A stretch of DNA of 64,000 nucleotides, taken from Escherichia coli. GTDB lineage: Bacteria; Pseudomonadota; Gammaproteobacteria; Enterobacterales; Enterobacteriaceae. The position numbers and the translations under genes are program-made. Where the stretch lies: NCBI RefSeq assembly GCF_045037415.1, contig NZ_CP173438.1; one strand, 5' to 3'. This document shows, one piece after another, positions 20,161-37,092 of the stretch (its first letter is position 1; each line of letters begins with the position of its first letter). A model generated the notes under the pieces. It searched no databases. It was not told the origin of the DNA and worked only from the letters and a program-made list of their open reading frames with translations.

Positions 20161-20325
20161 TTATCTTTCTCTATTTCTAATTTTCCTACAGTTTACCCGA
20201 CTCGTAGCGCAATCGATCGTTTTAAACGTATTTTTCCTCACTCACCGCGCGTGAATGCTGATTTATCGTCATCTTCATGGCAAACTAGCCGCCGAAATTA
20301 TTGCGATCATGCCCTGGAGGAATAC

Positions 20326-21258
20326 GTGGATAAAATTTTCGTTGATGAAGCAGTAAATGAGCTGCAAACCATTCAGGACATGTTGCGCTGGTCGGTGAGC
20401 CGCTTCAGCGCGGCGAATATCTGGTACGGCCACGGCACCGATAACCCGTGGGATGAAGCCGTGCAACTGGTGTTGCCTTCACTCTACCTGCCGCTGGATA
20501 TTCCGGAAGACATGCGCACCGCGCGTCTGACCTCCAGCGAAAAACACCGTATTGTTGAGCGCGTGATCCGCCGCGTCAACGAACGCATTCCGGTGGCTTA
20601 CCTGACCAACAGAGCCTGGTTCTGCGGCCATGAATTTTACGTCGATGAACGCGTGCTGGTGCCGCGCTCGCCGATTGGTGAACTGATCAACAATAAATTT
20701 GCCGGACTCATCAGCAAGCAACCGCAGCACATTTTAGATATGTGTACCGGTAGCGGCTGCATCGCCATTGCCTGTGCTTATGCCTTCCCGGAAGCGGAAG
20801 TCGACGCGGTGGACATCTCTCCCGACGCGCTGGCGGTTGCTGAACAGAACATCGAAGAACACGGTCTGATCCACAACGTCATTCCTATTCGGTCCGATTT
20901 GTTCCGCGACTTGCCGAAAGTGCAGTACGACCTGATTGTCACTAACCCGCCGTATGTCGATGCGGAAGATATGTCCGACCTGCCAAACGAATATCGCCAC
21001 GAGCCGGAACTGGGCCTGGCATCTGGCACCGACGGCCTGAAACTGACGCGTCGCATTCTCGGAAACGCGGCAGATTACCTCGCTGATGATGGCGTGCTGA
21101 TTTGTGAAGTCGGCAACAGCATGGTACATCTTATGGAACAATATCCGGATGTTCCGTTCACCTGGCTGGAGTTTGATAACGGCGGCGATGGTGTGTTTAT
21201 GCTCACTAAAGAGCAGCTTATTGCCGCACGAGAACATTTCGCGATTTATAAAGATTAA
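20326..21258 (+). CDS. prmB: Ribosomal protein uL3 glutamine methyltransferase PrmB
   Basis: 310 aa from GTG start preceded by GGAGG; methyltransferase motifs [10 protein letters not shown] and NPPY. Confidence 0.85.
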   Translation: MDKIFVDEAVNELQTIQDMLRWSVSRFSAANIWYGHGTDNPWDEAVQLVLPSLYLPLDIPEDMRTARLTSSEKHRIVERVIRRVNERIPVAYLTNRAWFCGHEFYVDERVLVPRSPIGELINNKFAGLISKQPQHILDMCTGSGCIAIACAYAFPEAEVDAVDISPDALAVAEQNIEEHGLIHNVIPIRSDLFRDLPKVQYDLIVTNPPYVDAEDMSDLPNEYRHEPELGLASGTDGLKLTRRILGNAADYLADDGVLICEVGNSMVHLMEQYPDVPFTWLEFDNGGDGVFMLTKEQLIAAREHFAIYKD

Positions 21259-21292
21259 GTAAACACGCAAACACAACAATAACGGAGCCGTG

Positions 21293-22378
21293 ATGGCTGG
21301 AAACACAATTGGACAACTCTTTCGCGTAACCACCTTCGGCGAATCGCACGGGCTGGCGCTCGGCTGCATCGTCGATGGTGTTCCGCCAGGCATTCCGCTG
21401 ACGGAAGCGGACCTGCAACATGACCTTGATCGTCGTCGCCCTGGGACATCGCGCTATACCACCCAGCGCCGCGAGCCGGATCAGGTCAAAATTCTCTCCG
21501 GTGTTTTTGAAGGTGTTACTACTGGCACCAGCATCGGATTGTTGATCGAAAATACCGACCAGCGTTCTCAGGATTATAGTGCGATTAAGGACGTTTTCCG
21601 TCCAGGTCATGCCGATTACACTTACGAACAAAAATACGGCCTGCGTGATTATCGCGGCGGTGGACGTTCTTCCGCCCGTGAAACCGCTATGCGCGTTGCA
21701 GCAGGGGCGATTGCCAAAAAATATCTCGCCGAGAAATTTGGCATTGAGATTCGCGGTTGCCTGACCCAGATGGGCGACATTCCGCTGGAAATCAAAGACT
21801 GGTCTCAGGTCGAGCAAAATCCATTCTTCTGCCCGGACCCGGACAAAATCGACGCGTTAGATGAACTGATGCGCGCGCTGAAAAAAGAAGGCGACTCTAT
21901 TGGTGCGAAAGTCACCGTCGTTGCCAGTGGCGTACCCGCCGGACTTGGCGAGCCGGTCTTTGACCGCCTGGATGCCGACATCGCCCATGCGCTAATGAGC
22001 ATTAACGCGGTGAAAGGCGTGGAAATTGGTGATGGTTTTGACGTGGTAGCGCTGCGTGGCAGCCAGAACCGCGACGAAATCACCAAAGACGGTTTCCAGA
22101 GCAACCATGCGGGCGGCATTCTTGGTGGTATCAGCAGCGGGCAGCAAATCATTGCCCACATGGCGCTGAAACCGACCTCCAGCATTACCGTGCCGGGGCG
22201 CACTATTAACCGCTTTGGCGAAGAAGTTGAGATGATCACCAAAGGCCGTCACGATCCTTGTGTTGGGATCCGCGCGGTGCCGATCGCAGAAGCGATGCTG
22301 GCGATCGTTTTGATGGATCACCTGTTACGGCAGCGGGCGCAAAATGCCGATGTGAAGACTGAAATTCCACGCTGGTAA
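21293..22378 (+). CDS. aroC: Chorismate synthase AroC
   Basis: 361 aa beginning [20 protein letters not shown]. Confidence 0.95.
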   Translation: MAGNTIGQLFRVTTFGESHGLALGCIVDGVPPGIPLTEADLQHDLDRRRPGTSRYTTQRREPDQVKILSGVFEGVTTGTSIGLLIENTDQRSQDYSAIKDVFRPGHADYTYEQKYGLRDYRGGGRSSARETAMRVAAGAIAKKYLAEKFGIEIRGCLTQMGDIPLEIKDWSQVEQNPFFCPDPDKIDALDELMRALKKEGDSIGAKVTVVASGVPAGLGEPVFDRLDADIAHALMSINAVKGVEIGDGFDVVALRGSQNRDEITKDGFQSNHAGGILGGISSGQQIIAHMALKPTSSITVPGRTINRFGEEVEMITKGRHDPCVGIRAVPIAEAMLAIVLMDHLLRQRAQNADVKTEIPRW

Positions 22379-22381
22379 AAA

Positions 22382-23206
22382 ATGAACAAAACCGCGATTG
22401 CGCTGCTGGCTCTGCTTGCCAGTAGCGCCAGCCTGGCAGCGACGCCGTGGCAAAAAATAACCCAACCTGTGCCGGGTAGCGCACAATCAATAGGCAGTTT
22501 TTCTAATGGCTGTATCATCGGTGCTGACACGTTGCCGATACAGTCCGAACATTATCAGGTCATGCGTACCGATCAGCGTCGCTATTTCGGTCACCCAGAC
22601 CTGGTGATGTTTATCCAGCGTCTGAGTCGCCAGGTGAGCAATCTGGGCATGGGTACGGTGCTGATTGGCGATATGGGGATGCCTGCTGGTGGTCGTTTCA
22701 ACGGCGGTCACGCCAGCCACCAGACCGGACTGGATGTCGATATCTTCCTGCAACTGCCGAAAACACGCTGGACCTCCGCGCAACTCTTGCGCCCGCAAGC
22801 GTTAGATTTAGTTTCCCGCGACGGTAAACACGTTGTCCCGACGCTGTGGAAGCCAGAAATTTTCAGCTTGATCAAACTCGCCGCCCAGGATAAAGACGTC
22901 ACGCGCATTTTTGTTAATCCGGCGATTAAGCAACAACTTTGCCTTGATGCGGGCACCGATCGCGACTGGTTGCGCAAAGTGCGACCCTGGTTCCAGCATC
23001 GCGCGCATATGCATGTACGATTACGTTGTCCTGCCGATAGTCTGGAGTGTGAGGATCAACCTTTACCGCCACCAGGCGATGGTTGCGGGGCAGAACTGCA
23101 AAGCTGGTTTGAACCTCCAAAACCGGGAACAACAAAGCCTGAGAAGAAGACACCGCCTCCGTTGCCGCCTTCCTGCCAGGCGCTACTGGATGAGCACGTG
23201 ATCTAA
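22382..23206 (+). CDS. mepA: Penicillin-insensitive murein DD-endopeptidase MepA
   Basis: 274 aa with signal peptide; recognised sequence. Confidence 0.9.
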   Translation: MNKTAIALLALLASSASLAATPWQKITQPVPGSAQSIGSFSNGCIIGADTLPIQSEHYQVMRTDQRRYFGHPDLVMFIQRLSRQVSNLGMGTVLIGDMGMPAGGRFNGGHASHQTGLDVDIFLQLPKTRWTSAQLLRPQALDLVSRDGKHVVPTLWKPEIFSLIKLAAQDKDVTRIFVNPAIKQQLCLDAGTDRDWLRKVRPWFQHRAHMHVRLRCPADSLECEDQPLPPPGDGCGAELQSWFEPPKPGTTKPEKKTPPPLPPSCQALLDEHVI

Positions 23207-24015
23207 TGGAAACGTTTAATAGCCTGTTTATGGTTTCCCCGCTGCTGCTGGGAGTTCTCTTTTTTGTCGCCATGCTGGCGGGATTTATCGACTCGATTGC
23301 CGGTGGCGGTGGGTTACTCACCATTCCGGCATTGATGGCGGCGGGGATGTCTCCCGCTAACGCGCTGGCAACCAATAAACTGCAAGCCTGCGGTGGCTCT
23401 ATTTCCGCCACTATCTACTTTATTCGCCGTAAAGTGGTTAGTTTAAGCGATCAAAAACTCAATATCGCCATGACCTTTGTCGGCTCAATGAGCGGCGCGC
23501 TACTGGTGCAGTATGTTCAGGCCGATGTCTTACGGCAGATTTTGCCTATTCTGGTGATTTGTATCGGCCTCTATTTCTTGCTGATGCCAAAGCTGGGTGA
23601 AGAAGATCGCCAGCGTCGGATGTATGGACTGCCATTTGCGCTGGTGGCGGGGGGCTGCGTCGGTTTTTACGATGGATTTTTTGGCCCGGCTGCCGGATCG
23701 TTTTACGCGCTGGCCTTCGTTACGCTGTGCGGATTCAACCTCGCCAAAGCCACTGCTCACGCCAAATTACTTAACGCAACGTCAAACATTGGCGGTCTGC
23801 TGCTGTTTATTCTCGGCGGCAAAGTGATTTGGGCGACGGGCTTTGTGATGCTGGTGGGGCAGTTCCTCGGCGCGCGCATGGGTTCAAGACTGGTGTTGAG
23901 CAAAGGACAAAAGCTGATCCGCCCGATGATCGTTATCGTCTCGGCGGTGATGAGTGCCAAATTACTTTACGATAGCCATGGACAGGAGATCCTCCACTGG
24001 TTGGGGATGAACTAA
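23206..24015 (+). CDS. yfcA: TauE/SafE-family inner membrane protein
   Basis: 269-aa polytopic membrane protein; start overlaps mepA stop. Confidence 0.85.
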   Translation: METFNSLFMVSPLLLGVLFFVAMLAGFIDSIAGGGGLLTIPALMAAGMSPANALATNKLQACGGSISATIYFIRRKVVSLSDQKLNIAMTFVGSMSGALLVQYVQADVLRQILPILVICIGLYFLLMPKLGEEDRQRRMYGLPFALVAGGCVGFYDGFFGPAAGSFYALAFVTLCGFNLAKATAHAKLLNATSNIGGLLLFILGGKVIWATGFVMLVGQFLGARMGSRLVLSKGQKLIRPMIVIVSAVMSAKLLYDSHGQEILHWLGMN

Positions 24016-24563
24016 TGAACAGTACACACCACTATGAGCAGTTGATTGAGATTTTTAATAGCTGCTTTGCCGATGAATTTAATACCCGTCTGATTAAAGG
24101 CGACGACGAACCGATCTATCTTCCTGCTGATGCGGAAGTACCGTATAACAGAATCGTCTTCGCTCATGGCTTTTATGCCAGCGCCATCCACGAGATTTCG
24201 CACTGGTGTATTGCCGGGAAAGCGCGCCGTGAGCTGGTTGATTTCGGCTACTGGTATTGCCCGGACGGACGCGATGCCCAGACACAAAGCCAGTTTGAAG
24301 ATGTTGAAGTGAAGCCGCAGGCGCTGGACTGGTTGTTCTGCGTGGCAGCGGGATATCCGTTTAATGTTAGCTGCGACAATCTGGAAGGGGATTTCGAACC
24401 GGACCGCGTGGTGTTTCAACGGCGGGTACATGCGCAGGTGATGGATTATCTGGCAAACGGCATTCCCGAACGTCCGGCACGCTTCATTAAAGCACTACAA
24501 AATTATTATCACACGCCGGAACTTACGGCGGAACAGTTCCCGTGGCCGGAAGCGCTCAACTGA
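24015..24563 (+). CDS. epmC: Elongation factor P hydroxylase EpmC
   Basis: 182 aa; position and recognised sequence (formerly yfcM). Confidence 0.8.
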   Translation: MNSTHHYEQLIEIFNSCFADEFNTRLIKGDDEPIYLPADAEVPYNRIVFAHGFYASAIHEISHWCIAGKARRELVDFGYWYCPDGRDAQTQSQFEDVEVKPQALDWLFCVAAGYPFNVSCDNLEGDFEPDRVVFQRRVHAQVMDYLANGIPERPARFIKALQNYYHTPELTAEQFPWPEALN

Positions 24564-24596
24564 AGCCAGCGCCACGTTTTACAATGAGGAAAGAAG

Positions 24597-24875
24597 ATGA
24601 TCGCGGAGTTTGAATCACGCATTCTGGCATTAATCGACGGTATGGTTGACCATGCCAGTGATGATGAGTTGTTTGCCAGTGGGTATTTGCGTGGCCACCT
24701 GACATTAGCCATCGCAGAACTGGAAAGTGGTGACGACCACTCCGCTCAGGCGGTACATACAACCGTTAGCCAGAGTCTGGAAAAAGCCATTGGTGCCGGT
24801 GAATTGTCGCCGCGTGACCAGGCGCTGGTGACCGATATGTGGGAACACCTGTTTCAGCAGGCCTCACAGCAGTAA
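24597..24875 (+). CDS. yfcL: Small conserved protein YfcL
   Basis: 92-aa acidic protein downstream of epmC. Confidence 0.75.
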   Translation: MIAEFESRILALIDGMVDHASDDELFASGYLRGHLTLAIAELESGDDHSAQAVHTTVSQSLEKAIGAGELSPRDQALVTDMWEHLFQQASQQ

Positions 24876-24882
24876 GTTGTGA

Positions 24883-24982
<100 letters not shown>

Positions 24983-24995
24983 ATGCCAGAGCAGA

Positions 24996-27068
<2,073 letters not shown>

Positions 27069-27079
27069 CTATTAATTGG

Positions 27080-27112
27080 CTGATCGGACTTGTTCGGCGT
27101 ACAAGTGTACGC
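27080..27112. promoter_or_regulatory. fabB promoter operators: FadR site plus FabR palindrome
   Basis: ctgatcggacttgtt (FadR-like) immediately followed by palindrome gcgtacaagtgtacgc (FabR-like), about 50-80 bp upstream of fabB. Confidence 0.5.
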
Positions 27113-27160
27113 TATTGTGCATTCGAAACTTACTCTATGTGCGACTTACAGAGGTATTGA

Positions 27161-28381
27161 ATGAAACGTGCAGTGATTACTGGCCTGGGCATTGTTTCCA
27201 GCATCGGTAATAACCAGCAGGAAGTCCTGGCATCTCTGCGTGAAGGACGTTCAGGGATCACTTTCTCTCAGGAGCTGAAGGATTCCGGCATGCGTAGCCA
27301 CGTCTGGGGCAACGTAAAACTGGATACCACTGGCCTCATTGACCGCAAAGTTGTGCGCTTTATGAGCGACGCATCCATTTATGCATTCCTTTCTATGGAG
27401 CAGGCAATTGCTGATGCTGGCCTCTCCCCGGAAGCTTACCAGAATAACCCGCGCGTTGGCCTGATTGCAGGTTCCGGCGGCGGCTCCCCGCGTTTCCAGG
27501 TTTTCGGCGCTGACGCAATGCGCGGCCCGCGCGGCCTGAAAGCGGTTGGCCCGTATGTGGTCACCAAAGCGATGGCATCCGGCGTTTCTGCCTGCCTCGC
27601 CACGCCGTTTAAAATTCACGGCGTTAACTACTCCATCAGCTCCGCGTGTGCGACTTCCGCACACTGTATCGGTAACGCAGTAGAGCAGATCCAACTGGGC
27701 AAACAGGACATCGTGTTTGCTGGCGGCGGCGAAGAGCTGTGCTGGGAAATGGCTTGCGAATTCGACGCGATGGGTGCGCTGTCTACTAAATACAACGACA
27801 CCCCGGAAAAAGCCTCCCGTACTTACGACGCTCACCGTGACGGTTTCGTTATCGCTGGCGGTGGCGGTATGGTAGTGGTTGAAGAGCTGGAACACGCGCT
27901 GGCGCGTGGTGCTCACATCTATGCTGAAATCGTTGGCTACGGCGCAACCTCTGATGGCGCAGACATGGTTGCTCCGTCTGGCGAAGGTGCAGTGCGCTGC
28001 ATGAAGATGGCGATGCACGGTGTTGATACCCCAATCGACTACCTGAACTCTCATGGTACTTCGACTCCGGTTGGCGACGTGAAAGAACTGGCAGCTATCC
28101 GTGAAGTGTTCGGCGATAAGAGCCCGGCGATTTCTGCAACCAAAGCAATGACCGGTCACTCTCTGGGCGCTGCTGGCGTACAGGAAGCTATCTACTCTCT
28201 GCTGATGCTGGAACACGGTTTTATCGCCCCGAGCATCAACATTGAAGAGCTGGACGAGCAGGCTGCGGGTCTGAACATCGTGACCGAAACGACCGATCGC
28301 GAACTGACCACAGTTATGTCTAACAGCTTCGGCTTCGGCGGCACCAACGCCACGCTGGTAATGCGCAAGCTGAAAGATTAA
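27161..28381 (+). CDS. fabB: 3-oxoacyl-ACP synthase I (KAS I)
   Basis: 406 aa; active-site Cys context [10 protein letters not shown] and C-terminal [10 protein letters not shown]. Confidence 0.95.
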
Positions 28382-28385
28382 TTCG

Positions 28386-28450
28386 GAGTAGGTCGGATAA
28401 GACGCGCCAGCGTCGCATCCGACATTACGCGCCAATGCGGCATCCGACAC
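28386..28450. repeat. REP element
   Basis: gtaggtcggataagacgcgccagcgtcgcatccgaca...gcggcatccgaca. Confidence 0.5.
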
Positions 28451-28460
28451 TAACGCAAAA

Positions 28461-28485
28461 GGGAACCTGATGGTTCCCTTTTTCA
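28461..28485 (+). terminator. Rho-independent terminator after fabB
   Basis: gggaacc-tgat-ggttccc followed by ttttt. Confidence 0.55.
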
Positions 28486-28642
28486 CATTATTGACAATCG
28501 CCGCCTGTTCCAGGCAAACTTCCCGCTTTGTCGATTTCCTTCTGAAAAGACGTACGCGTTAAATCCTGCCAACGCACCGTAACCCTGAAACCAGAGAGAT
28601 GAGACGGGGAAATTCCTCGCCTTGCGCTGCATTCTGGAGTAA

Positions 28643-30816
<2,174 letters not shown>

Positions 30817-30914
30817 TACGTATCCTTATACCTGAAATCTTCGCAAGTATGCCTGGCCGCGAGATTATGGCACACTTGTCTGGTTAACTCTCGTCTCATA
30901 CAGGTAACACAAAC

Positions 30915-32051
30915 GTGAAAATCCTTGTTGATGAAAATATGCCTTATGCCCGCGACTTATTTAGCCGTTTGGGTGAGGTGACCGCGGTTCCCGGGCGTCC
31001 AATTCCTGTCGCTCAACTGGCAGACGCGGATGCGCTTATGGTGCGTTCGGTCACGAAAGTGAATGAATCTTTGCTGGCAGGAAAACCCATTAAATTTGTT
31101 GGCACTGCCACCGCGGGGACCGACCATGTCGATGAAGCATGGTTAAAGCAGGCGGGAATTGGTTTTTCCGCTGCACCTGGCTGTAATGCGATTGCGGTGG
31201 TGGAATATGTTTTCTCCTCACTGCTGATGCTTGCCGAACGCGATGGATTTTCACTGCACGACCGTACAGTGGGGATCGTGGGCGTTGGTAACGTTGGTCG
31301 CCGTTTACAGGCGCGACTGGAAGCGTTAGGGATTACAACCTTGCTTTGCGATCCGCCTCGCGCCGACCGCGGGGATGAGGGGGATTTCCGCTCGCTGGAT
31401 GAATTAGTTCAGCATGCGGATATTCTGACTTTCCATACGCCACTCTTCAAAGACGGGCCGTACAAAACGCTGCATCTGGCGGATGAAAAACTGATCCGTA
31501 GCCTGAAACCAGGAGCGATTCTGATTAACGCCTGCCGTGGCGCAGTCGTCGATAATACTGCCCTATTGACCTGTCTGAACGAAGGCCAGAAGTTAAGCGT
31601 AGTGCTGGATGTCTGGGAAGGCGAACCGGAACTCAACGTGGAATTGCTGAAAAAAGTGGATATCGGCACACCGCATATCGCAGGCTATACCCTGGAAGGT
31701 AAAGCACGCGGTACTACGCAAGTGTTTGAAGCCTATAGCAAGCTTATTGGGCATGAACAACACGTTGCGCTGGATACGTTGCTGCCCGCGCCAGAGTTTG
31801 GCCGCATTACGCTGCATGGTCCGCTCGATCAACCGACGCTAAAAAGGCTGGTGCATTTGGTGTATGATGTGCGCCGCGATGACGCACCGCTGCGTAAAGT
31901 CGCCGGAATACCGGGTGAGTTCGATAAGCTGCGCAAAAACTATCTTGAGCGCCGTGAATGGTCATCTCTGTATGTGATTTGTGATGACGCCAGCGCGGCA
32001 TCATTGCTGTGTAAACTGGGTTTTAACGCCGTTCATCATCCGGCACGTTAA
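30915..32051 (+). CDS. pdxB: Erythronate-4-phosphate dehydrogenase PdxB
   Basis: 378 aa from GTG start; D-2-hydroxyacid dehydrogenase NAD motif GIVGVGNVG. Confidence 0.9.
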   Translation: MKILVDENMPYARDLFSRLGEVTAVPGRPIPVAQLADADALMVRSVTKVNESLLAGKPIKFVGTATAGTDHVDEAWLKQAGIGFSAAPGCNAIAVVEYVFSSLLMLAERDGFSLHDRTVGIVGVGNVGRRLQARLEALGITTLLCDPPRADRGDEGDFRSLDELVQHADILTFHTPLFKDGPYKTLHLADEKLIRSLKPGAILINACRGAVVDNTALLTCLNEGQKLSVVLDVWEGEPELNVELLKKVDIGTPHIAGYTLEGKARGTTQVFEAYSKLIGHEQHVALDTLLPAPEFGRITLHGPLDQPTLKRLVHLVYDVRRDDAPLRKVAGIPGEFDKLRKNYLERREWSSLYVICDDASAASLLCKLGFNAVHHPAR

Positions 32052-32116
32052 TCTCTTCTTCATGCTCTCTGCTGTAATATTGGCAGGGAGCTTTGCTATT
32101 TCTGGAGTAAACCACC

Positions 32117-33130
32117 ATGTCTGAAGGCTGGAACATTGCCGTCCTGGGCGCAACTGGCGCTGTGGGCGAAGCCCTGCTTGAAACGCTGGCTGAACGTCAG
32201 TTCCCGGTTGGGGAAATTTATGCACTGGCACGTAACGAAAGCGCAGGCGAACAACTGCGCTTTGGTGGTAAGACAATCACCGTGCAGGATGCTGCTGAAT
32301 TCGACTGGACGCAGGCGCAGCTGGCATTTTTTGTCGCAGGCAAAGAGGCTACCGCTGCCTGGGTTGAAGAAGCGACCAACTCAGGTTGTCTGGTGATCGA
32401 CAGCAGCGGATTGTTTGCTCTCGAACCCGACGTACCGCTGGTGGTGCCGGAAGTAAACCCGTTTGTACTGACCGATTACCGCAACCGGAATGTCATCGCC
32501 GTACCAGACAGTCTGACCAGCCAGCTGCTGGCGGCACTGAAACCGCTAATTGATCAGGGCGGTTTATCACGTATCAGCGTTACCAGCCTGATTTCAGCCT
32601 CCGCCCAGGGCAAAAAAGCGGTCGATGCGTTAGCGGGGCAGAGTGCTAAATTACTCAATGGCATTCCGATTGACGAAGAAGATTTCTTCGGGCGTCAGCT
32701 GGCGTTCAACATGCTGCCGTTACTGCCGGATAGCGAAGGTAGCGTGCGTGAAGAACGTCGTATCGTTGACGAAGTACGCAAAATCCTGCAGGACGAAGGG
32801 CTGATGATTTCGGCAAGCGTCGTCCAGGCACCGGTATTCTACGGTCATGCCCAGATGGTCAACTTTGAAGCACTGCGTCCGCTGGCGGCAGAAGAAGCGC
32901 GTGATGCGTTTGCTCAGGGCGAAGATATTGTGCTCTCTGAAGAGAACGAATTCCCGACTCAGGTAGGGGATGCTTCTGGTACGCCGCATCTTTCTGTTGG
33001 CTGCGTACGTAATGACTACGGTATGCCGGAGCAAGTTCAGTTCTGGTCGGTGGCCGATAACGTTCGCTTTGGCGGCGCGCTGATGGCAGTAAAAATTGCC
33101 GAGAAACTGGTGCAGGAGTATCTGTACTAA
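32117..33130 (+). CDS. usg: Aspartate-semialdehyde dehydrogenase paralogue Usg
   Basis: 337 aa with N-terminal NAD-binding motif VLGATGAVG. Confidence 0.85.
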
Positions 33131-33942
33131 TGTCCGACCAGCAACAACCGCCAGTTTATAAAATTGCGCTGGGCATTGAGTACGACGGCAGTAGGTATTA
33201 CGGCTGGCAACGGCAGAATGAAGTCCGCAGTGTGCAGGAGAAGCTGGAAAAGGCGCTCTCCCAGGTGGCGAACGAACCCATCACCGTCTTCTGCGCCGGG
33301 CGTACTGACGCCGGTGTACACGGTACCGGGCAGGTTGTGCATTTCGAAACGACCGCGCAGCGCAAAGACGCTGCGTGGACGTTGGGCGTAAATGCGAATT
33401 TACCTGGTGACATCGCCGTGCGTTGGGTTAAAGCTGTACCTGATGATTTTCATGCCCGATTTAGCGCCACGGCTCGCCGTTATCGCTACATCATCTACAA
33501 TCATCGGCTGCGCCCGGCGGTACTGAGTAAAGGGGTAACCCATTTTTACGAACCGCTGGACGCTGAACGGATGCATCGGGCTGCGCAATGTTTGCTGGGC
33601 GAGAATGATTTCACCTCGTTCCGTGCGGTGCAGTGCCAGTCCCGGACCCCGTGGCGCAACGTTATGCATATTAATGTCACGCGTCACGGTCCTTATGTGG
33701 TGGTAGATATCAAAGCGAATGCCTTTGTACATCATATGGTCAGGAATATTGTCGGCAGCCTGATGGAAGTCGGTGCCCACAACCAGCCGGAGAGCTGGAT
33801 AGCAGAGTTGCTGGCGGCAAAGGACAGAACGCTGGCGGCAGCAACGGCAAAAGCGGAAGGGCTATATCTGGTCGCGGTGGATTACCCTGACCGATATGAT
33901 CTTCCAAAACCGCCAATGGGCCCGCTATTTCTGGCGGACTAA
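33130..33942 (+). CDS. truA: tRNA pseudouridine(38-40) synthase TruA
   Basis: 270 aa; motif [12 protein letters not shown]; start overlaps usg stop. Confidence 0.95.
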
Positions 33943-34024
33943 CGAGAATAATGCTCGGAACATTTCAGGCTGTAGCCAACGTAGTTACAGCCTGATAGAT
34001 GACGAGTACAAGGCATAGGCAAAT

Positions 34025-34684
34025 ATGGACCTGATTTATTTCCTCATCGATTTTATCCTGCACATTGACGTGCATCTGGCAGAGCTGGTCGCGGAGTACG
34101 GCGTCTGGGTTTATGCCATTTTGTTCTTAATTTTGTTCTGTGAAACCGGTCTGGTGGTAACGCCGTTTTTACCGGGTGATTCATTGCTGTTTGTTGCCGG
34201 AGCGTTGGCATCACTGGAGACCAACGATCTCAACGTCCATATGATGGTGGTGCTGATGCTGATCGCCGCGATTGTGGGTGACGCGGTCAATTACACTATC
34301 GGGCGGTTGTTCGGTGAAAAGTTATTCAGTAATCCCAATTCGAAAATTTTCCGTCGCAGTTATCTCGACAAAACCCATCAGTTTTATGAGAAACATGGCG
34401 GCAAAACGATTATTCTCGCCCGTTTTGTGCCGATCGTCAGAACGTTCGCCCCGTTTGTTGCGGGAATGGGCCACATGTCGTACCGTCATTTCGCCGCTTA
34501 TAACGTGATTGGCGCACTGTTGTGGGTACTGCTTTTTACCTACGCAGGCTATTTCTTCGGCACGCTCCCCTTCATTCAGAGCAACCTTAAACTGATGATT
34601 GTTGGCATTATTTTTGTTTCAATATTGCCAGGTGTTTTCGAATTTATTCGCCACAAACGCGCAGCGGCACGCGCCGCAAAATAA
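34025..34684 (+). CDS. dedA: DedA-family inner membrane protein
   Basis: 219 aa, DedA/SNARE-associated membrane domain. Confidence 0.9.
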   Translation: MDLIYFLIDFILHIDVHLAELVAEYGVWVYAILFLILFCETGLVVTPFLPGDSLLFVAGALASLETNDLNVHMMVVLMLIAAIVGDAVNYTIGRLFGEKLFSNPNSKIFRRSYLDKTHQFYEKHGGKTIILARFVPIVRTFAPFVAGMGHMSYRHFAAYNVIGALLWVLLFTYAGYFFGTLPFIQSNLKLMIVGIIFVSILPGVFEFIRHKRAAARAAK

Positions 34685-34839
34685 AAAGTAACTCTGCGGT
34701 TCGACCACTTTTTTATCCAAAGTTTCGGGCTGTTATGTTTTAATGTGCAACATTCATGGTCTGTTGGGGGCAAAAATGGCATTATGCGTCCCCAAAGATA
34801 AAACTGGCATCGAACCAGGTTCAGACAGAAAGGTCCCTA

Positions 34840-35754
34840 ATGAGCTGGATTGAACGAATTAAAAGCAACATTACTCCCACCCGCAAGGCGAGCATTCCTG
34901 AAGGGGTGTGGACTAAGTGTGATAGCTGCGGTCAGGTTTTATACCGCGCTGAGCTGGAACGTAATCTTGAGGTCTGTCCGAAGTGTGACCATCACATGCG
35001 TATGACAGCGCGTAATCGCCTGCATAGCCTGTTAGATGAAGGAAGCCTTGTGGAGCTGGGTAGCGAGCTTGAGCCGAAAGATGTGCTGAAGTTTCGTGAC
35101 TCCAAGAAGTATAAAGACCGTCTGGCATCTGCGCAGAAAGAAACCGGCGAAAAAGATGCGCTGGTGGTGATGAAAGGCACTCTGTATGGAATGCCGGTTG
35201 TCGCTGCGGCATTCGAGTTCGCCTTTATGGGCGGTTCCATGGGGTCTGTGGTAGGTGCGCGTTTCGTGCGTGCCGTTGAGCAGGCGCTGGAAGATAACTG
35301 CCCACTGATCTGCTTCTCCGCCTCTGGTGGCGCACGTATGCAGGAAGCACTGATGTCGCTGATGCAGATGGCGAAAACCTCTGCGGCACTGGCAAAAATG
35401 CAGGAGCGCGGCTTGCCGTACATCTCCGTGCTGACCGACCCGACCATGGGCGGTGTTTCTGCAAGTTTCGCCATGCTGGGCGATCTCAACATCGCTGAAC
35501 CGAAAGCGTTAATTGGCTTTGCCGGTCCGCGTGTTATCGAACAGACTGTTCGCGAAAAACTGCCGCCAGGATTCCAGCGCAGTGAATTCCTGATCGAGAA
35601 AGGCGCGATCGACATGATCGTCCGTCGTCCGGAAATGCGTCTGAAACTGGCGAGCATTCTGGCGAAGTTGATGAATCTGCCAGCGCCGAATCCTGAAGCG
35701 CCGCGTGAAGGCGTAGTGGTGCCACCGGTACCGGATCAGGAACCTGAGGCCTGA
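34840..35754 (+). CDS. accD: Acetyl-CoA carboxylase carboxyltransferase beta subunit
   Basis: 304 aa from MSWIERIK; N-terminal zinc finger CDSCGQ...CPKCDHH. Confidence 0.95.
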
Positions 35755-35764
35755 TAACTGATAA

Positions 35765-35790
35765 GGGCAGGGCCACTGGCTCTGCCCTTT
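35765..35790 (+). terminator. Terminator after accD
   Basis: gggcagggcc-actg-gctctgccc followed by tttt. Confidence 0.5.
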
Positions 35791-35823
35791 TGCTATTCTC
35801 ACCGTAACGAATCAGCGGATACC

Positions 35824-37092
35824 ATGATTATCAAACGCACTCCTCAAGCCGCGTCGCCTCTGGCTTCGTGGCTTTCTTATCTGGAAAACCTGCACAGTAA
35901 AACTATCGATCTCGGCCTTGAGCGCGTGAGCCAGGTCGCGGCGCGTCTTGGCGTTCTGAAACCAGCGCCATTTGTGTTTACCGTTGCGGGTACGAATGGC
36001 AAAGGCACCACCTGCCGTACGCTGGAGTCGATTCTGATGGCGGCAGGGTACAAAGTGGGCGTCTACAGTTCGCCGCATCTGGTGCGTTATACCGAGCGCG
36101 TACGTGTGCAGGGGCAGGAATTGCCGGAATCGGCCCACACCGCTTCTTTTGCGGAGATTGAATCGGCACGCGGTGATATTTCCCTGACCTATTTCGAGTA
36201 CGGTACGCTGTCGGCATTGTGGCTGTTCAAGCAGGCACAACTTGACGTAGTGATTCTGGAAGTAGGGCTGGGCGGTCGTCTGGACGCAACCAATATTGTC
36301 GATGCCGATGTCGCGGTAGTAACCAGTATTGCGCTGGATCATACCGACTGGCTGGGGCCAGATCGCGAAAGTATTGGTCGCGAGAAAGCAGGTATCTTTC
36401 GCAGCGAAAAACCGGCAATTGTCGGTGAGCCGGAAATGCCTTCTACCATTGCTGATGTGGGGCAGGAAAAAGGTGCACTGCTACAACGTCGGGGCGTTGA
36501 GTGGAACTATTCCGTCACCGATCATGACTGGACGTTTAGCGATGCTCACGGCACGCTGGAAAATCTGCCGTTGCCGCTTGTCCCGCAACCGAATGCCGCA
36601 ACGGCGCTGGCGGCACTGCGTGCCAGCGGGCTGGAGGTCAGTGAAAATGCCATTCGCGACGGGATTGCCAGCGCAATTTTGCCGGGACGTTTCCAGATTG
36701 TGAGCGAGTCGCCACGCGTTATTTTTGATGTCGCGCATAATCCACATGCGGCGGAATATCTCACCGGGCGTATGAAAGCGCTACCGAAAAACGGGCGCGT
36801 GCTGGCGGTTATCGGTATGCTACATGATAAAGATATTGCCGGAACTCTGGCCTGGTTGAAAAGCGTGGTTGATGACTGGTATTGTGCGCCACTGGAAGGG
36901 CCGCGCGGTGCCACGGCAGAACAACTGCTTGAGCATTTGGGTAACGGCAAATCATTTGATAGCGTTGCGCAGGCATGGGATGCCGCAATGGCGGACGCTA
37001 AAGCGGAAGACACCGTGCTGGTGTGTGGTTCGTTCCACACGGTCGCACATGTCATGGAAGTGATTGACGCGAGGAGAAGCGGTGGCAAGTAA
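35824..37092 (+). CDS. folC: Dihydrofolate synthase / folylpolyglutamate synthase FolC
   Basis: 422 aa; P-loop TVAGTNGKGTT of the Mur ligase family. Confidence 0.95.
   Translation: MIIKRTPQAASPLASWLSYLENLHSKTIDLGLERVSQVAARLGVLKPAPFVFTVAGTNGKGTTCRTLESILMAAGYKVGVYSSPHLVRYTERVRVQGQELPESAHTASFAEIESARGDISLTYFEYGTLSALWLFKQAQLDVVILEVGLGGRLDATNIVDADVAVVTSIALDHTDWLGPDRESIGREKAGIFRSEKPAIVGEPEMPSTIADVGQEKGALLQRRGVEWNYSVTDHDWTFSDAHGTLENLPLPLVPQPNAATALAALRASGLEVSENAIRDGIASAILPGRFQIVSESPRVIFDVAHNPHAAEYLTGRMKALPKNGRVLAVIGMLHDKDIAGTLAWLKSVVDDWYCAPLEGPRGATAEQLLEHLGNGKSFDSVAQAWDAAMADAKAEDTVLVCGSFHTVAHVMEVIDARRSGGK

Noticed and set aside
19972-20325. N-terminal extension of the prmB ORF (428 aa in the ORF track)
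   Set aside because: The extension overlaps the convergent smrB gene and lacks conservation; the GTG at 20326 with a GGAGG upstream gives the expected 310-aa protein.
27251-28486. 411-aa ORF on the - strand
   Set aside because: Antisense to fabB; shadow ORF.
35812-36342. 176-aa ORF on the - strand, and similar antisense ORFs inside folC and dedD
   Set aside because: Overlap well-supported genes on the opposite strand; no independent support.
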